From: Terriglobia bacterium
GTDB lineage: Bacteria > Acidobacteriota > Terriglobia > 20CM-2-55-15
Direction of reading: 5' to 3'
Length of the DNA: 64,000 nucleotides
Assembly: GCA_965198225.1 (NCBI GenBank)
Contig: CBDAOY010000004.1
Location: forward strand, 96,001 to 160,000
Position 1 is the stretch's first letter. Each line of letters starts with the position of its first letter. Shown one piece after another: positions 32,587 through 44,370 of this stretch. Below the pieces are notes generated by a model. The model made no database searches. It saw nothing but the letters and a program-made list of their open reading frames with translations, and was not told where the DNA came from. A program made the position numbers and the translations under genes.

Positions 32587-34733
32587 TGGACGCTCCCACC
32601 GATGATCTCGCCGAGCAGCCCCTTGGTCTCCTTCTCCAGCGCCAGGATATCCGCCCGGATTTCCTCCAGCGACCGCATTGGCTGCGGCTTGTAGAAGTAG
32701 CGGGTGAAGCTGATTTCGTAGCCGGTCTTGACGCTCGCCGGGTCGTACCAGACATCAGGCGCGTAGGGCAGCACTTCGCGGCGCAGGAATGCCTCGATGC
32801 CGCCTTCTTCCAACAGCGGGATCTGCTCAGTGTCCCGCAATTCGCTGTCAGGTTCGTACTCGACCACGCGGCGCTTGCCTTTTACCGCGGAGTCGATCAA
32901 GCCACGGATCGGGGCCGTCTCCATCCTGCCCGCCTTGTGGATCTTCTTGATGACGGGTTCGGCCGCCTCGTCCCGCGCCGCCAATGACGTCTGCAGCAGC
33001 TTCTTTCGCTTGGCCGTCAACTTGATGCCATGCTCGGAGATGTCCGTTTCGACGGCCGCCATGAAACGGTTGAAGTCCAGGTGAGGGCCGGCACCCAATG
33101 TTTTGGCCACGCGGTCAACGACATTGTCGAGCGGCTCATCCCGCGCTTCCTCGCAGGAGGCACGGAAGCGGGCGCGTTGTTCGACAGACAGATCGACGGC
33201 CAGCCGCAACGGCCGCTCGACCGTCACCTTCCAGTACCCGAAGCCCTGGTTCGGGAAGATCTTCGACTGCTCGGTCTCCTCGAAGGCCAGGAACGTATCG
33301 CAGATGCGGGTGATGTCTTCTTCGGACAGTTCGCAGTTCTTCTTGCCCAGGTTCTTGCGCAGCGGCTTGAACCACTGCATGGCGTCAATAAGCTGGACCT
33401 TCCCGCGTCGATGGGCGGGCTTCCGGTTGGTCAGCACCCAGACGTAGGTAGCGATGCCGGTGTTGTAGAACATGTTGAGCGGCAGCGCGACAATCGCCTC
33501 CAACCAGTCTTTCTCAATGATCCAGCGGGGGATGTTGCTCTCGCCTTGCCCGGCGTCGCCGGTGAAAAGTGAGCTGCCGTTGTGGACCTCGGCGAGGCGG
33601 CTCCCGAGCTCCGTACCGTGCTTCATCTTCGAGAGCATGTTCGCCAGGAACAGCATCTGACCGTCGCTGGAGCGGGTGATGAGCGAGTACTCGGCATCAC
33701 CGCCGTGTTCGATCAGAAAGCGCGGGTCCTTGATGTCCGCCTTCCCGCCCATGCGCTCCAGGTCACTCTTCCAGCTCTTGCCGTAGGGCGGATTGGAGAG
33801 CATGAAGTCGAACTCGCGGGATGGAAAGGCGTCGTTGGAGAGCGTCGAGTGTTCCGGCCCCCCGATGATGTTGTCGGCGGCTTCCCCCTCGCCCTTGAGG
33901 AGGAGGTCCGCCTTGGCGATGGCATAGGTCTCGGAGTTGATCTCCTGGCCGTAGAGATGGGTTGCGACCTGTTTGCCGCGCTGCTCGGTGATCTGTGTCA
34001 ACGTTTCCTCGGCCACAGTCAACATGCCCCCGGTGCCGCAAGCGCCGTCATAGAGGAGATAAGTGCCGGACTCGATCTCACTGGCGACGGGAAGGAAGAT
34101 CAGCTTGCCCATAAGCTTCACCGCGTCGCGCGGGGTCCAGTGCTCACCCGCTTCTTCGTTGTTCTCTTCGTTGAAGCGCCGCACCAATTCCTCAAAGACC
34201 GTCCCCATCCCGTGGTTGTCAAGACCTGGCTGCTTGACCGAGCCGTCGTCGTTCATCAGCGGCTTGGGGCTAAAATTGATGTCCGGCGATAGAAACTTCT
34301 CGATCAACGTGCCGAGCGCGTCAGCCTTCGAGAGCCGCGGGATCTGGTTGCGAAACTCGAAGTTTTCCAGAATGTCTTCAACGTTCGGTGAGAAGGCGTT
34401 GAGATACGCCTCGAAGTCGGCCTTGAGCTGCTGTTGATTGGCGCGGGCCTTGAGGTCGCGCGGCGTGAACTTCGAGGTGTTGTAGAACGCCTGGCCGGCG
34501 GCCTGACGTAGCGCCTGATCCTGGTGGATGATTTTCGCCTTGTCGAGCGAGGTCTTCATCGCCAGCACCGTCGGCTTGCTCGGCTCCAGCACCGAGTCGA
34601 GTCGCCGCAATACCGTCATTGGCAGGATCACGTCGCGGTACTTGCCGCGGACGTAGAGGTCGCGCAGCACGTCGTCCGCGATGCCCCAGATGAAATTGGC
34701 GATCCAGTTGAGTCGGCCTTCCTCCAAGCTCAT
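32583..34733 (-). CDS. hsdM: Type I RM methyltransferase
   Basis: YDGACGTGGML, NPPY; GGAGG before ATG at 34733. Confidence 0.95.
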   Translation of the reverse strand: MSLEEGRLNWIANFIWGIADDVLRDLYVRGKYRDVILPMTVLRRLDSVLEPSKPTVLAMKTSLDKAKIIHQDQALRQAAGQAFYNTSKFTPRDLKARANQQQLKADFEAYLNAFSPNVEDILENFEFRNQIPRLSKADALGTLIEKFLSPDINFSPKPLMNDDGSVKQPGLDNHGMGTVFEELVRRFNEENNEEAGEHWTPRDAVKLMGKLIFLPVASEIESGTYLLYDGACGTGGMLTVAEETLTQITEQRGKQVATHLYGQEINSETYAIAKADLLLKGEGEAADNIIGGPEHSTLSNDAFPSREFDFMLSNPPYGKSWKSDLERMGGKADIKDPRFLIEHGGDAEYSLITRSSDGQMLFLANMLSKMKHGTELGSRLAEVHNGSSLFTGDAGQGESNIPRWIIEKDWLEAIVALPLNMFYNTGIATYVWVLTNRKPAHRRGKVQLIDAMQWFKPLRKNLGKKNCELSEEDITRICDTFLAFEETEQSKIFPNQGFGYWKVTVERPLRLAVDLSVEQRARFRASCEEARDEPLDNVVDRVAKTLGAGPHLDFNRFMAAVETDISEHGIKLTAKRKKLLQTSLAARDEAAEPVIKKIHKAGRMETAPIRGLIDSAVKGKRRVVEYEPDSELRDTEQIPLLEEGGIEAFLRREVLPYAPDVWYDPASVKTGYEISFTRYFYKPQPMRSLEEIRADILALEKETKGLLGEIIGGSVQ

Positions 34734-35527
34734 ATCCTCCAGGTATTCATGGCAGCGCCTCAATTCTCCCACACCCTCCAGCTGGCCCAATAACAACCAG
34801 CCAGACAAACTCTTGGCTGGCGGATGTGTCGCAGGTTTCAAAAAGCGGCAGAAGACAGCTTGGCCGGGTCGACCGGGCGCTGTTTCATGCTGCCACGTCG
34901 AACAGTTTGTTGATGAAATGAATCTGCCGCCGAACCTCCGAACCGCGTACTCTTGCCCGCCAGCGCCTTAAGAATTCGCGGCACGCATGGATTGAGGGAA
35001 TGGATCGCTGGAAGACTGTCCCTGTCGTGGTCGTGGAAGCCAGCATTTTCCTGTGCTACAGTCAGAAGTGGCTCTCCTGCCGCGAACGAGATATCCTCGA
35101 GCGGACGCACCGCACTCCGTTATGCAGATGTGTGATGCGGGGTGAGTCAGAGGAGACGTGAAAGTGCCATCAGGCAGACGGGCAGAACCTTGGGTTCGAA
35201 TCCGGGCGTCTCAGCAACAGCGAGTGCTGCTGCGACTTCAACGTTAACTTTCTTCAGTTCTTCTAGAGTGTCTGCTCGGTTGAACGAAATGGAGGATAAA
35301 ACAATGAAGAATCAACAGCAGATGACTCGTCTTCGGATTTTGATGGGGTTTGTTGTCCGTGTACAAATCAGTTTTGTCGCGGTGGCAGTCCTGGTACTGG
35401 GATCGGGGGACGTGGCTTCCCTTTCTGCCTGATGGCATCTTCTAGCCTTCGGCTGCAACTCCAGATGACAGCAGTTCCAGCCTCAGAGGGATGAGGTGGA
35501 TGACGGAAGAATCCTCTCCCGCAGCGT

Positions 35528-36100
35528 CTACCCCGCGAGCCGTTCGAGTTCGCTGACAACCCGGTCCAACTCGTCAACGAGCGGCGTCCTGCCCGCTTGG
35601 ACGAGGCGATCGAGCACCGACCGGTAGTACCACAGCGTTCCTTCCTTCCGGGCTTCAAACCGTTTCCAGATTTTCTCACCGACGTCGCGGTAGTCGCTTA
35701 GGATGCTGCGCGCGTTGTGAAGCTTGTCGGCGGCACAGACGAGCCGGACCGATGCAGATGATTCACTGAGGCTCGCGATGTAGACCCGCTTTCGCTCCTC
35801 CCACGGAGGCTTCGGAATCGTTTCGGAGTCCGTACAGCCATCAACAATCCCGGTCACGCGCGCGCCGAAACGGTCACGAATCTTCTCCCGTGTCGTCACA
35901 CCGCCCTGGTCCTCGACGGCATCGTGCAGCAGTGCCGCGATAGCTTCATCCTCGTCTCCGCCATGTTCGATCACCAGCGCCGCAACGGCTAACAGGTGTG
36001 AAACATAAGGGACGTTGGAGCCCTTCCTCCGCTGCTCTCGGTGGAGTTGCGCGGCGAACACGAGGGCTTGCTCAAAACGGCTGGTCATCGCAACAGGCAT
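35528..36100 (-). CDS. HD-domain protein (SpoT/Mesh1-like small alarmone hydrolase family)
   Basis: HREQRRK..VPYVSH, ALLHDAVED, ADKLHN. Confidence 0.85.
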   Translation of the reverse strand: MPVAMTSRFEQALVFAAQLHREQRRKGSNVPYVSHLLAVAALVIEHGGDEDEAIAALLHDAVEDQGGVTTREKIRDRFGARVTGIVDGCTDSETIPKPPWEERKRVYIASLSESSASVRLVCAADKLHNARSILSDYRDVGEKIWKRFEARKEGTLWYYRSVLDRLVQAGRTPLVDELDRVVSELERLAG

Positions 36101-36612
36101 CGCAGCACATTACCCTACCTCGCGGCTGGTTCACAGTCACGCCCATTGTCTGCCGGAGCCACCAAGTCCGCAGGCGTGATGCAGACGAGTTGATCTGACG
36201 GGGAGCACTCCGATTGTAAGCGTTGTCGGATTGCCTTCTTCATGATCTCTTCAGGCTACCAGCCGGCGGCGGCCAAAGTTGTAACACAACCAACCCCGGG
36301 GTAGTCTCGAATCAGGCTGCGGGCGTTGGGCTCGAAGCCGCGTCTGGTTGGCGAGATTCTGTGAACGAGTGGAGACGCGGAGGGGAGGCGACGGTTTTCA
36401 AGGCGGCGTCCACGAAAAGGTCAAATGGGGCCTATGTCGGACTGTTAACGACGATAGTATCCAAAACATTATGTGACCAGATAGCATCGAACCTGACGTC
36501 CGTTTGTTTCGAACAGAACCGTACCGTTCAGAGTCATCACACGCCCACCTGCGAATCTCCAGAGAAATTTTCCATCCTAACCTCCTGCCCTGGGTTTTAC
36601 CCCGATTTCCGC

Positions 36613-36909
36613 CTACGGCGCTGGCGACGGCTCGTAGCGCTCCACCTTGATGCGGTCCTGATCCTTGCGCGCTTGCGCTAACTCGTAGGCGGTTTGCAGG
36701 CGCAGCCAATGGTCGGCGTTGGACCATCCGGCCTTCTCCAGGCGGATCGCCATATCAGGGGAGATTCCGTTTTGCCCATTGATCACGCGCGAGAGCGTGT
36801 TGCGGGTGACGCCCAAGACCTTCGCACCTTCGGTTATATTGAGACCAAGCGGCTCCAAACAGGCGTCCTTGATCGAGCGGCCCGGATACGGCGGGTTCTT
36901 CATGGGCAT
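36613..36909 (-). CDS. higA: HigA antitoxin
   Basis: [27 protein letters not shown]. Confidence 0.92.
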   Translation of the reverse strand: MPMKNPPYPGRSIKDACLEPLGLNITEGAKVLGVTRNTLSRVINGQNGISPDMAIRLEKAGWSNADHWLRLQTAYELAQARKDQDRIKVERYEPSPAP

Positions 36910-36927
36910 GGCTCTTGCTCCTTTCTT

Positions 36928-37206
36928 CTAGTGGTAGTCGGACAGATCGACCTCGTATGCATCGCCGTCCTTAAAGCAGAAGACGATGCGCCAATTGCTG
37001 GAAATCGTCACGCTCCAGTAGCCCTTCAGGTCACCCTTGAGCGGATGGAGACGATAGCCCGGCAAATCGAGATCACCGGGGGTTTGAGCTTGGTCCAGAT
37101 GGAGCAGCACGTCGTTGATGCGGTTGCGTTGGTCGGCGCGAATTTTGCTGCCGTCTCCCTGCTTATAGAGCCGCTTCAGACCTCGGTGTCTAAAACTCTC
37201 GATCAT
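36928..37206 (-). CDS. higB: HigB toxin
   Basis: MIESFRHRGLK...LHPLKGDLKGYWSVTISSNWRIVF. Confidence 0.92.
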   Translation of the reverse strand: MIESFRHRGLKRLYKQGDGSKIRADQRNRINDVLLHLDQAQTPGDLDLPGYRLHPLKGDLKGYWSVTISSNWRIVFCFKDGDAYEVDLSDYH

Positions 37207-37428
37207 AGGGAACCGTAACATGCAACGGTGCGGGTTGCGATATGCGCGTAGTCCTAAAGATCGCCGCCGCCGTTTCGGGTCTGCTCGCTCTCGCCTCGCG
37301 TCGGTCCGAAACCGAATCCCCGTTTACGTGCTTCCTCACATCCCCCCATAGGTGCGGGTCCCCAGACGTTGCACAAAGCTATTGCCAATCGAATCTCTCC
37401 TGCAATACCTTTTCGCAACGTGGAAAAG

Positions 37429-38433
37429 ATGAAATATCGCCTGTGGCTGAAGTTCCGGATAGGTAAGTCCCTGGATACGTCAGAGAATGCCCTGACAGCA
37501 TCGATCGCCGGCAGGACGGTCACGATCAAGTCAGAGAGGCAGCTGCAGCCGCTCTCGGAGGCATCTTGGTTGGTCATGGGATGTCGCGGTTTCGAAACGG
37601 AGGATCAGGCACGGGAGTTTGGGGATGAACTGCGGCGGGCGGCGCACTTAGCCGGGCTGTGCACCAGGATGGGAGTGGACGCAGGGGACCCAGGTGAAGA
37701 TCGTACAGTGTCGTGGGTCAACCCGGAGATGCTCGGCATCGGTCGAGGTAAGTATCGCGATTTGAGACTCGGACCTGATGTGCATGGCATCGTCGTCCTA
37801 CCGGATGACGGGAACACCGTGTTCTTTCGCGCCAGTCAGCCGACCGTAACGGTTCTGTCCAGCGCGGACCATTTCGTCGGAGCTTTGGAGGAGGCTTCGT
37901 TGGAAAGCGACGCGGGCCGAAGCGGTTCACCGTCGATCCGGCGGGCCATTCGGATATTAAACCTCGCGGAGATGAACGAGGACCCGATCGCCAAAGTGGT
38001 ACTGGCGGTTTCCACAGTCGAGGGCTTGGCGAACGATCCACCGTGGACGGCCGGGCAGAGCGAACTCATCGAACGTGCAGCCGGGTGGCTGGAGCAAGAC
38101 CACAGCGACGGGGAAAAGGCTAAGCAGGTCATTAGTGCGATTCGCCAGGTACGAAGGGAGAGCATTCGCCAACGTGTAAAGAGGCTGCTGGAAGCGAATA
38201 ACCTGTCGAGCGTGTGGGATGACTGGGACAAGCTCTATAAACGGCGTAGCTCTCTGTTCCACGGCCGGTCGGAAGCAGGCGGCGAGCGACAAGGCAGCCA
38301 CTTGGAGAAGACCGAACTACACAGGCTCGGGCAGGAAGCGACCAAGTTGTGCGCAACAATCATCCTCTCGGTGGCTAAGCGAGAAGGGATCGCAGTCCCC
38401 GACCGCGCTAGGGTGCACTTCGGAGTCGAATAG
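37429..38433 (+). CDS. Hypothetical protein with a C-terminal HEPN-like RX4H motif
   Basis: AVSTVEGL...LYKRRSSLFHG. Confidence 0.6.
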   Translation: MKYRLWLKFRIGKSLDTSENALTASIAGRTVTIKSERQLQPLSEASWLVMGCRGFETEDQAREFGDELRRAAHLAGLCTRMGVDAGDPGEDRTVSWVNPEMLGIGRGKYRDLRLGPDVHGIVVLPDDGNTVFFRASQPTVTVLSSADHFVGALEEASLESDAGRSGSPSIRRAIRILNLAEMNEDPIAKVVLAVSTVEGLANDPPWTAGQSELIERAAGWLEQDHSDGEKAKQVISAIRQVRRESIRQRVKRLLEANNLSSVWDDWDKLYKRRSSLFHGRSEAGGERQGSHLEKTELHRLGQEATKLCATIILSVAKREGIAVPDRARVHFGVE

Positions 38434-38663
38434 TATTCGTCAGTACGCCTGAGACTCAGGCGGCAGAGAGGTTCTCCCGCTGGCACGCCATTGCCCCGGT
38501 TGACGTAATGACAGATTCTGCTACCCTGGCAAGCGAAACATCCCTGTTTGGCGGGCCTTTCGCCTCGCCCTGGGTCGGCACTTACAGGGATTCGGCCTCG
38601 AGGCGAAAGCCCTCATCGGGTAGCCACGTAAACCGTGGCATGCCGACCATAAGGAAGGAACCC

Positions 38664-39641
38664 ATGGCGGATCGCGCAGGTTCACTGCCGCCTATAGAGC
38701 CCATAAAGTTTGTCCCAGTCAAAGGGAGCCCCGTGTTCGTGGGCCGCAGAGACAAGGCAGAGAGAATCCGTGAGGCGATCGTTGACCTCCAACTGGTAAT
38801 CGATGGATGCACCGCCAAGCAGCCTTGTGCGTCCGGCGATGTAGTAGCGTCAGTTGCGCGGCATTGCTCCATGTTTCTGAGGAAGATGGTGGTCGGTGAT
38901 GATCGGACCCGCCGCTTGCTGGACGACGAAACCTGTCGAACGGCTGGATTCGGATTCGACAGATTCCGGCGAATTTCAGGCGATCGGAGAATCCTGACCC
39001 TTGTCCCGGTGAACATCTCTGGTGGCGGCGTGAAAATCACGAAGCTGGACGAAGAGACCGGGGAGCCGGAGGCCGTTCATAACGTGCCCATGGGACCGCA
39101 GCGGCTTAGTATTGCCGTCGAGTGGCCGTTGCCCGGAATGGCGGACTGGTTCAGTCAACCGACGTCAGAAAACGCATGGGAGATGAGGCCGGAGGGGTTG
39201 TTCGAGTCACAGTCGAGCCCGAGCCCTGACTGCGATGCATGGCTCGGACAGCAATTGGTGAATTTCAACAACCGGGGGATTACCCTGAAGGATGTCATAA
39301 GGGTGATGGCTAACACAGAGGCGGCCCACTCCCCGCCGGTGCAGCGGCTAATGGTGCCGGCGGGCGACGAGGACAAAACCAGGTTCAGGGTTGTTAAGGA
39401 TAGCGAAATTCACATCCTGAGTTACATCACGGTCTGCGGTGTGAGATACAGCCACGCGATAGTGATCGAGACTGCTATGTACCTGTACCGGAAACTGACT
39501 CGGAACAAGTTGATCAAGCAGGCCGAAGGCGCAGGGGAGATTCTGGTACTCGGCTTCGCGCCCAATGACGTGTTCTTGCCTAGCCAAAACTGGCTTCAAT
39601 TTGATGACCGGGTTTCGTTCTGCCGCGCAGACTCTGGCTGA
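38664..39641 (+). CDS. Hypothetical protein
   Basis: Long ORF with AAGGAAGG upstream; co-oriented with the HEPN-like gene. Confidence 0.6.
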   Translation: MADRAGSLPPIEPIKFVPVKGSPVFVGRRDKAERIREAIVDLQLVIDGCTAKQPCASGDVVASVARHCSMFLRKMVVGDDRTRRLLDDETCRTAGFGFDRFRRISGDRRILTLVPVNISGGGVKITKLDEETGEPEAVHNVPMGPQRLSIAVEWPLPGMADWFSQPTSENAWEMRPEGLFESQSSPSPDCDAWLGQQLVNFNNRGITLKDVIRVMANTEAAHSPPVQRLMVPAGDEDKTRFRVVKDSEIHILSYITVCGVRYSHAIVIETAMYLYRKLTRNKLIKQAEGAGEILVLGFAPNDVFLPSQNWLQFDDRVSFCRADSG

Positions 39642-39981
39642 TGGACTCCTTCGGGGGCGCGGAGCAATCCATATCACACAGAGTAAGGGCTCCGAGGTAA
39701 TGGCACACACGGAGGCCATCCCGTTTGTGGGATAGCCTCCGGTCATAGGGGTCATCGCAAGGTTTGTACCTGAAATTACTCTAAGGGCGAATCTTTGGCG
39801 AACAATCGGACTGCGGAGCACTACGCCCGGTTGTTAGCCGAATTGAGGTGCTACGCAGCATGTCCCGAAAATGCTGTGGTCTATTTTGAGACTGCCCATA
39901 ATTTGGAAACGAATAAAGAGACACTTCGAAAGCCCGGAACGACGGTGAAATAGCCGTCCTGAAGCCGTCTCTGAAACGAAC

Positions 39982-41280
39982 CAGACTGTGTGAAAAGTCC
40001 AAGTCGTGGATCGCTGATCCGGCAACACCGAAGGGCAAGCACGATGACGGACCCGTGGCGACGCAGATCACTCGGGGCTGCCAGCCTTTTCGGTGGCGTG
40101 AGGTGTTGCTGTGACTGGGAAACGCGGGATGGAGGCGGATTGTTGCGCCAAAAACGGGCGGATTACCCGGTCAAACCGCTGCGACGGCAATCAAGGCGGG
40201 AATTCCTACGAGGTTGATTGCGCGGCGCATGTTGTAGGCCAAGGCGGTGAGGCTGAACTCCCCGCGGACATTGCCGAGTCGGCGCGTCAGGAACGCGCCT
40301 TGGCCCATCCACTGCTTGATCGAACCGAAGGGATGCTCGACCGACTCCCGGCGACGATCCATCACCTCGGGCCGGGCGGCGAGACGGTTCGCCATGCGCT
40401 CCATCGTTGCTTCGTTCTCGAAGCGCGTGATGCGCCGATAGGTGTTCTTGGTACATCGTTCGCGTAGACCGCAGCCTCTGCATGCGGCGCGGTTGGCGTA
40501 ACTGACAAGATACGTGCCTGTGCGCGACTTACCGACGCTTCCGCGATACAACGGCACCAGGCGCTCACCAGCGGGGCACCGGTAGGTGTCCGTGGAGTCG
40601 TCGTATTGGAAATCGGACTTCGGAAAGTGGCCACTGCGTCTGGCCGTGCTCCGGTCGGGCTTCGGAACGTAGGGCGTGATCCCGGCGGCTTCGCAGTCCT
40701 CAATGTCTTCGATCTTGTAGTAGCCTCGGTCCGCGACCGCGTCGATCTCGTCGACAGCCAAGTTCTCCCGAGCCGCTGTGGCCGTCTCCGCGAGCAGACC
40801 GAGGTCCGAGACCTTGCTATGGACCTGCTGTTCGGCGATCAGGTTGTGCTCAGTGTCGACAGCGATCTGGACGTTGTAGCCGACTCCGACCCGTGTCCCG
40901 GAATGCATTGACCGGGAGTCCGGATCCGTAAGCGACAGCTGGGCTTCTGTATCGTCCAGCGTCTGCCGATGCCCCTCCAAGGTCTCCTTTCTCTTACGGA
41001 TCGATGCGCTTCTCCTGAAGATCCGCCACGGCAGCCGCTCTGCCGCCGGAATCCGCGTCGGCCTCGTTCACCTGCGAGGTAGCGGTCGAGTCGGTCGTCG
41101 ATACGCTGCAGGTCCGTCTTCAGCTTGGCCCGCGGAACGGTCCCGGTGGTTCACCGCCTTGATGCGCGTGTCCACGGCGATCAACTCCCGCCCTACAGGT
41201 CGAGTTCCCGGCACAACCGCACGAACCGCCGAAACACCGCCCGGAACGCATGCCGATTGTCGCGCCGGAAGTCGGCGATC
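39982..41280 (-). mobile_element. IS1182-family copy, 5'-truncated with many small deletions
   Basis: Matches ~45869-47185; IR CAGACTGTGTGAAAAGT at 39982. Confidence 0.9.
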
Positions 41281-42753
41281 CGAGCCCTGGACACCATCGC
41301 CTCGAGATGTTGGATGCGGGCTCCATCGACCAACGATTCAGCTACGTCATAAGGAGCGGCGATTGACGGCCCTTGCGAGGCGAGAACGCATCAAGCTCGG
41401 CGTAGTTATCGTGCAGGGCAATCTGGAAGCTTACCGGATTGTGAGAGCCGGGTCTTGCTGTGTTTGCACAACCGCACGGACGGCCCGGCCCGTGCGGTCG
41501 AGACCCTTCCTTCCAGAAGTAATTTCATCGAGGACGAGGTCACCGGCGACCGCCTCTGCGTTTTCGATCGTCCTGGCCTTAAGAGGGCGTCGAAAGCCTC
41601 AAGGTTTCATAGGCGGACAGCCCGCGCCGCTGTCGCCCCAGCGCTTCACCATTGATTGCGAAGCCCGCGCTTGAAGGAGGAACCGGTGGCAGCGCTCTGA
41701 TGAACTCCTGGAGGGCCTGTTGCGAGCGTACTGGATCCGTTCGAGATCTGGACGGTTGGTTCGCGCTTGAATTGGTCGCCTTCCAAGTTGTCGGGCGATG
41801 AGTTGCCTGACGACACTGAGATGTTGGTGCGGGACACCATCAGCTCCGGCTAAACGATGTCGTTTGCGAAGCGCAGGAGTACCAGGCCGTGATCGCTCGA
41901 CTACGTGATGCGCCACGCACCGTTTGTGGGCCGGGAGTTGCGTCGACTGGGCAGGCTACGTCCCGGCGAAGTGATGCGACCCGCTCCGCTGGCACCGGTC
42001 CAACACGCTCCTGGGGAGGGTCATCGTGAATCGTCGTCCGCACCGCGGCTCATGAGCCGCCATCCCGGCCCCGCACCCCGACCTCCGCCAACCGCTCTTT
42101 GCTCGAACGACCGGATGTCGGGTGCCTCGAGGCGAAGTGCGCGCCGTCGGCGCTGATCCTGCACGCGCACGTGCCGTCCGATCCCGCCGTGATGCACGCT
42201 TCGACCGGGCTGTTCCCCGACAGGTCGGCCGCGATTACAAGGAAGCCGTCCTCGCTCACCGGCACGCTGGCGATGCCGTCGCCGAAGGTCGAGCAGAAGA
42301 AGCGGACGATCGGCTCCGCGTGCCAGGCCGCCCACGGTGAAGCCCCGCGAATTATGGCTTCTCTGGATGCCGTCCAGGTCTCCCACGCTCAGGCGCTGTC
42401 GCTGACCCTTCGGTGGAGATGATCCCGCCGCAATAGGTGCAGGTTTGGGCTCGCTCGATCCGCTCCATGTAAGCCCGCTCCGTCGCGAAGTCACTTCGTG
42501 GAGGGTGTCTCAGTACCGGACTATCGTTCTCGATATCATCCACGCCAACGCATGCCCGGTGCCGGAGCGCACTCTTGCCTAATATTGTCCGAACTACCAC
42601 ACCGTCAAGCTGCATAGCCCTCCGAAACGCAAGTCACAGGCAACGACAGAAGTTTTCCGCAGGTTTTCCAGCCCCGCCCGCGGTCTGACTATTCATCTGT
42701 AACCTGGAGGTGGGTCCTTTTTACTCGATCGAGGCGGGCTCTTTTTTACGTTG

Positions 42754-43068
42754 TCAAAGCGAACGCTGCACGGCACTGATGTCGAGAGGTTTAATATCCG
42801 AGACATTGACCGTCGTACTCGCCATGGCAAGATCGTAGCTCGTCTGCATATTCATCCAGTAAAGGGGACTTGTCCTGAATACTTTCGCCAGTCGAAACGC
42901 CGTATCCGGTGTCATCGATGTCTGGCCCTTTACGATGCGCTCTATCCGCGTGCGCGGTACGCCCAATTCCTTTGCCAGGGCACCGGCGCTCATCTCAAGT
43001 GGCTTGAGGTACAGTTCATCCAAAACCTCACCCGGATGCATCGGAGCAAGAATTTCGGTCATTTCCAT
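42754..43068 (-). CDS. higA: HigA antitoxin
   Basis: PMHPGEVL...MTPDTAFRLA...WMNMQ. Confidence 0.92.
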   Translation of the reverse strand: MEMTEILAPMHPGEVLDELYLKPLEMSAGALAKELGVPRTRIERIVKGQTSMTPDTAFRLAKVFRTSPLYWMNMQTSYDLAMASTTVNVSDIKPLDISAVQRSL

Positions 43069-43074
43069 CGGTCC

Positions 43075-43374
43075 TCAGTGGTAATCCACAACCTCGACTT
43101 CATCCGGTCCACTATCGGTCCAGACAAAACAGATACGCCATTGCTTGTTTATCCGAACCGAATGGCAACCTTTGCGGTCCCGAGATAACTTCTCAAGATG
43201 ATTGCCTGGCGGAAAGCGAAGATCTTCCAATTCAACTGCCGCATTCAACGCGGTCAGCATGGCATGGGTTCTTCGAAGCAAGTCTGCCTGAAACCCCTTT
43301 GGGGTTTGACCCGCAGCGATCTTTTCGGTCCGCTTATTCTTAAAACCACGTATCACACAAGTGATACGTATCAC
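43075..43374 (-). CDS. higB: HigB toxin
   Basis: DLRFPPGNHLEKL..DRKGCHSVRINKQWRICF. Confidence 0.92.
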   Translation of the reverse strand: MIRITCVIRGFKNKRTEKIAAGQTPKGFQADLLRRTHAMLTALNAAVELEDLRFPPGNHLEKLSRDRKGCHSVRINKQWRICFVWTDSGPDEVEVVDYH

Positions 43375-43730
43375 GCCATGATACGGCTGTCAACCTGTCT
43401 ACAGCCTCATGACAAATTCCAGGTAGCGGAATTGGCGTGTGGTTCAGGAATCCGGGCAGGGAATGGCTGAACGAAACACCGTGTCTCTATCAAAGGGGGC
43501 CTTCCTTCGATTGCGGCCTGGGACCCGTACGAGCCGGGAGCGCTCTCGTTGAAAAGCTCGAGTTGGGTTGTGCTATTCTTTGGTTGCATCTTGGAACCGC
43601 ATCCAAGGTGTCACTCCGTTTGCGCTGGCCGCGCCAAACGAAATGAGAAAGCCTCACGGTTTATTCCGTGGGGCTTTTTCTTTACCTTGCCATTGCATAA
43701 CTCGCAGTGGACACACGCGGTCAATCACCC

Positions 43731-44370
43731 TCACCGTTGCCGCATGATATCGAGACTGAATTGTGCATCGGCGTGACCTTGCTCGGCAGCGAGCCGGTAC
43801 CACTTCATGGCTTCGGCATCGTCTTCCGGCACGCCATCGCCTCTGGCGTACATGTCCCCGAGGTTGTATTGGGCATCGACATTCCCCTGCTCGGCAGCGA
43901 GTCGATACCATTTCACGGCTTCGGCCTTGTCTTCCGCCACGCCCGCACCGGTTTCGTACATGACCCCGAGGCTGTATTGGGCCTGAGCGTGTCCCTGCCT
44001 GGCCGCCTTGCGCCACCACTTGACGGCCTTTTTACTGTCTTGGGGCACGACCTCGCCGTCATCGTACATGTCACCCAGGCTGTATTGGGCACGGGCATTC
44101 CCCTGTGCGGCAGCGAGCCGGTACCACTTCATGGCTTCAGCTCTGTCTTCCGCCACGCCATCGCCGATTTCGTACATGAGACCGAGGTTGAATTGGGCGG
44201 GGGCAGTCCCCTGCTCGGCAGCGAGCCGGTACCAACGCACGGCTTCGGCCTTGTCTTCCGCCACGCCATCACCGTTGCCGTACATGACACCGAGGTTGTA
44301 TTGGGAAGCGGCCTCCCCCTGCTCCGCTGCGAGCCGATACCATTTCACGGCTTCAGCCTTGTCTTCCAAT
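43731..44370 (-). pseudogene. Sel1-repeat protein, 5' part replaced by an IS1182 fragment
   Basis: About six repeats of AQYNLGVMY..G.GVAEDKAEAVKWYRLAAEQG. Confidence 0.85.

Noticed and set aside
41290-42700. Short ORFs between the IS1182 copy and higA
   Set aside because: Fragmentary, with no family I can recognise with confidence.
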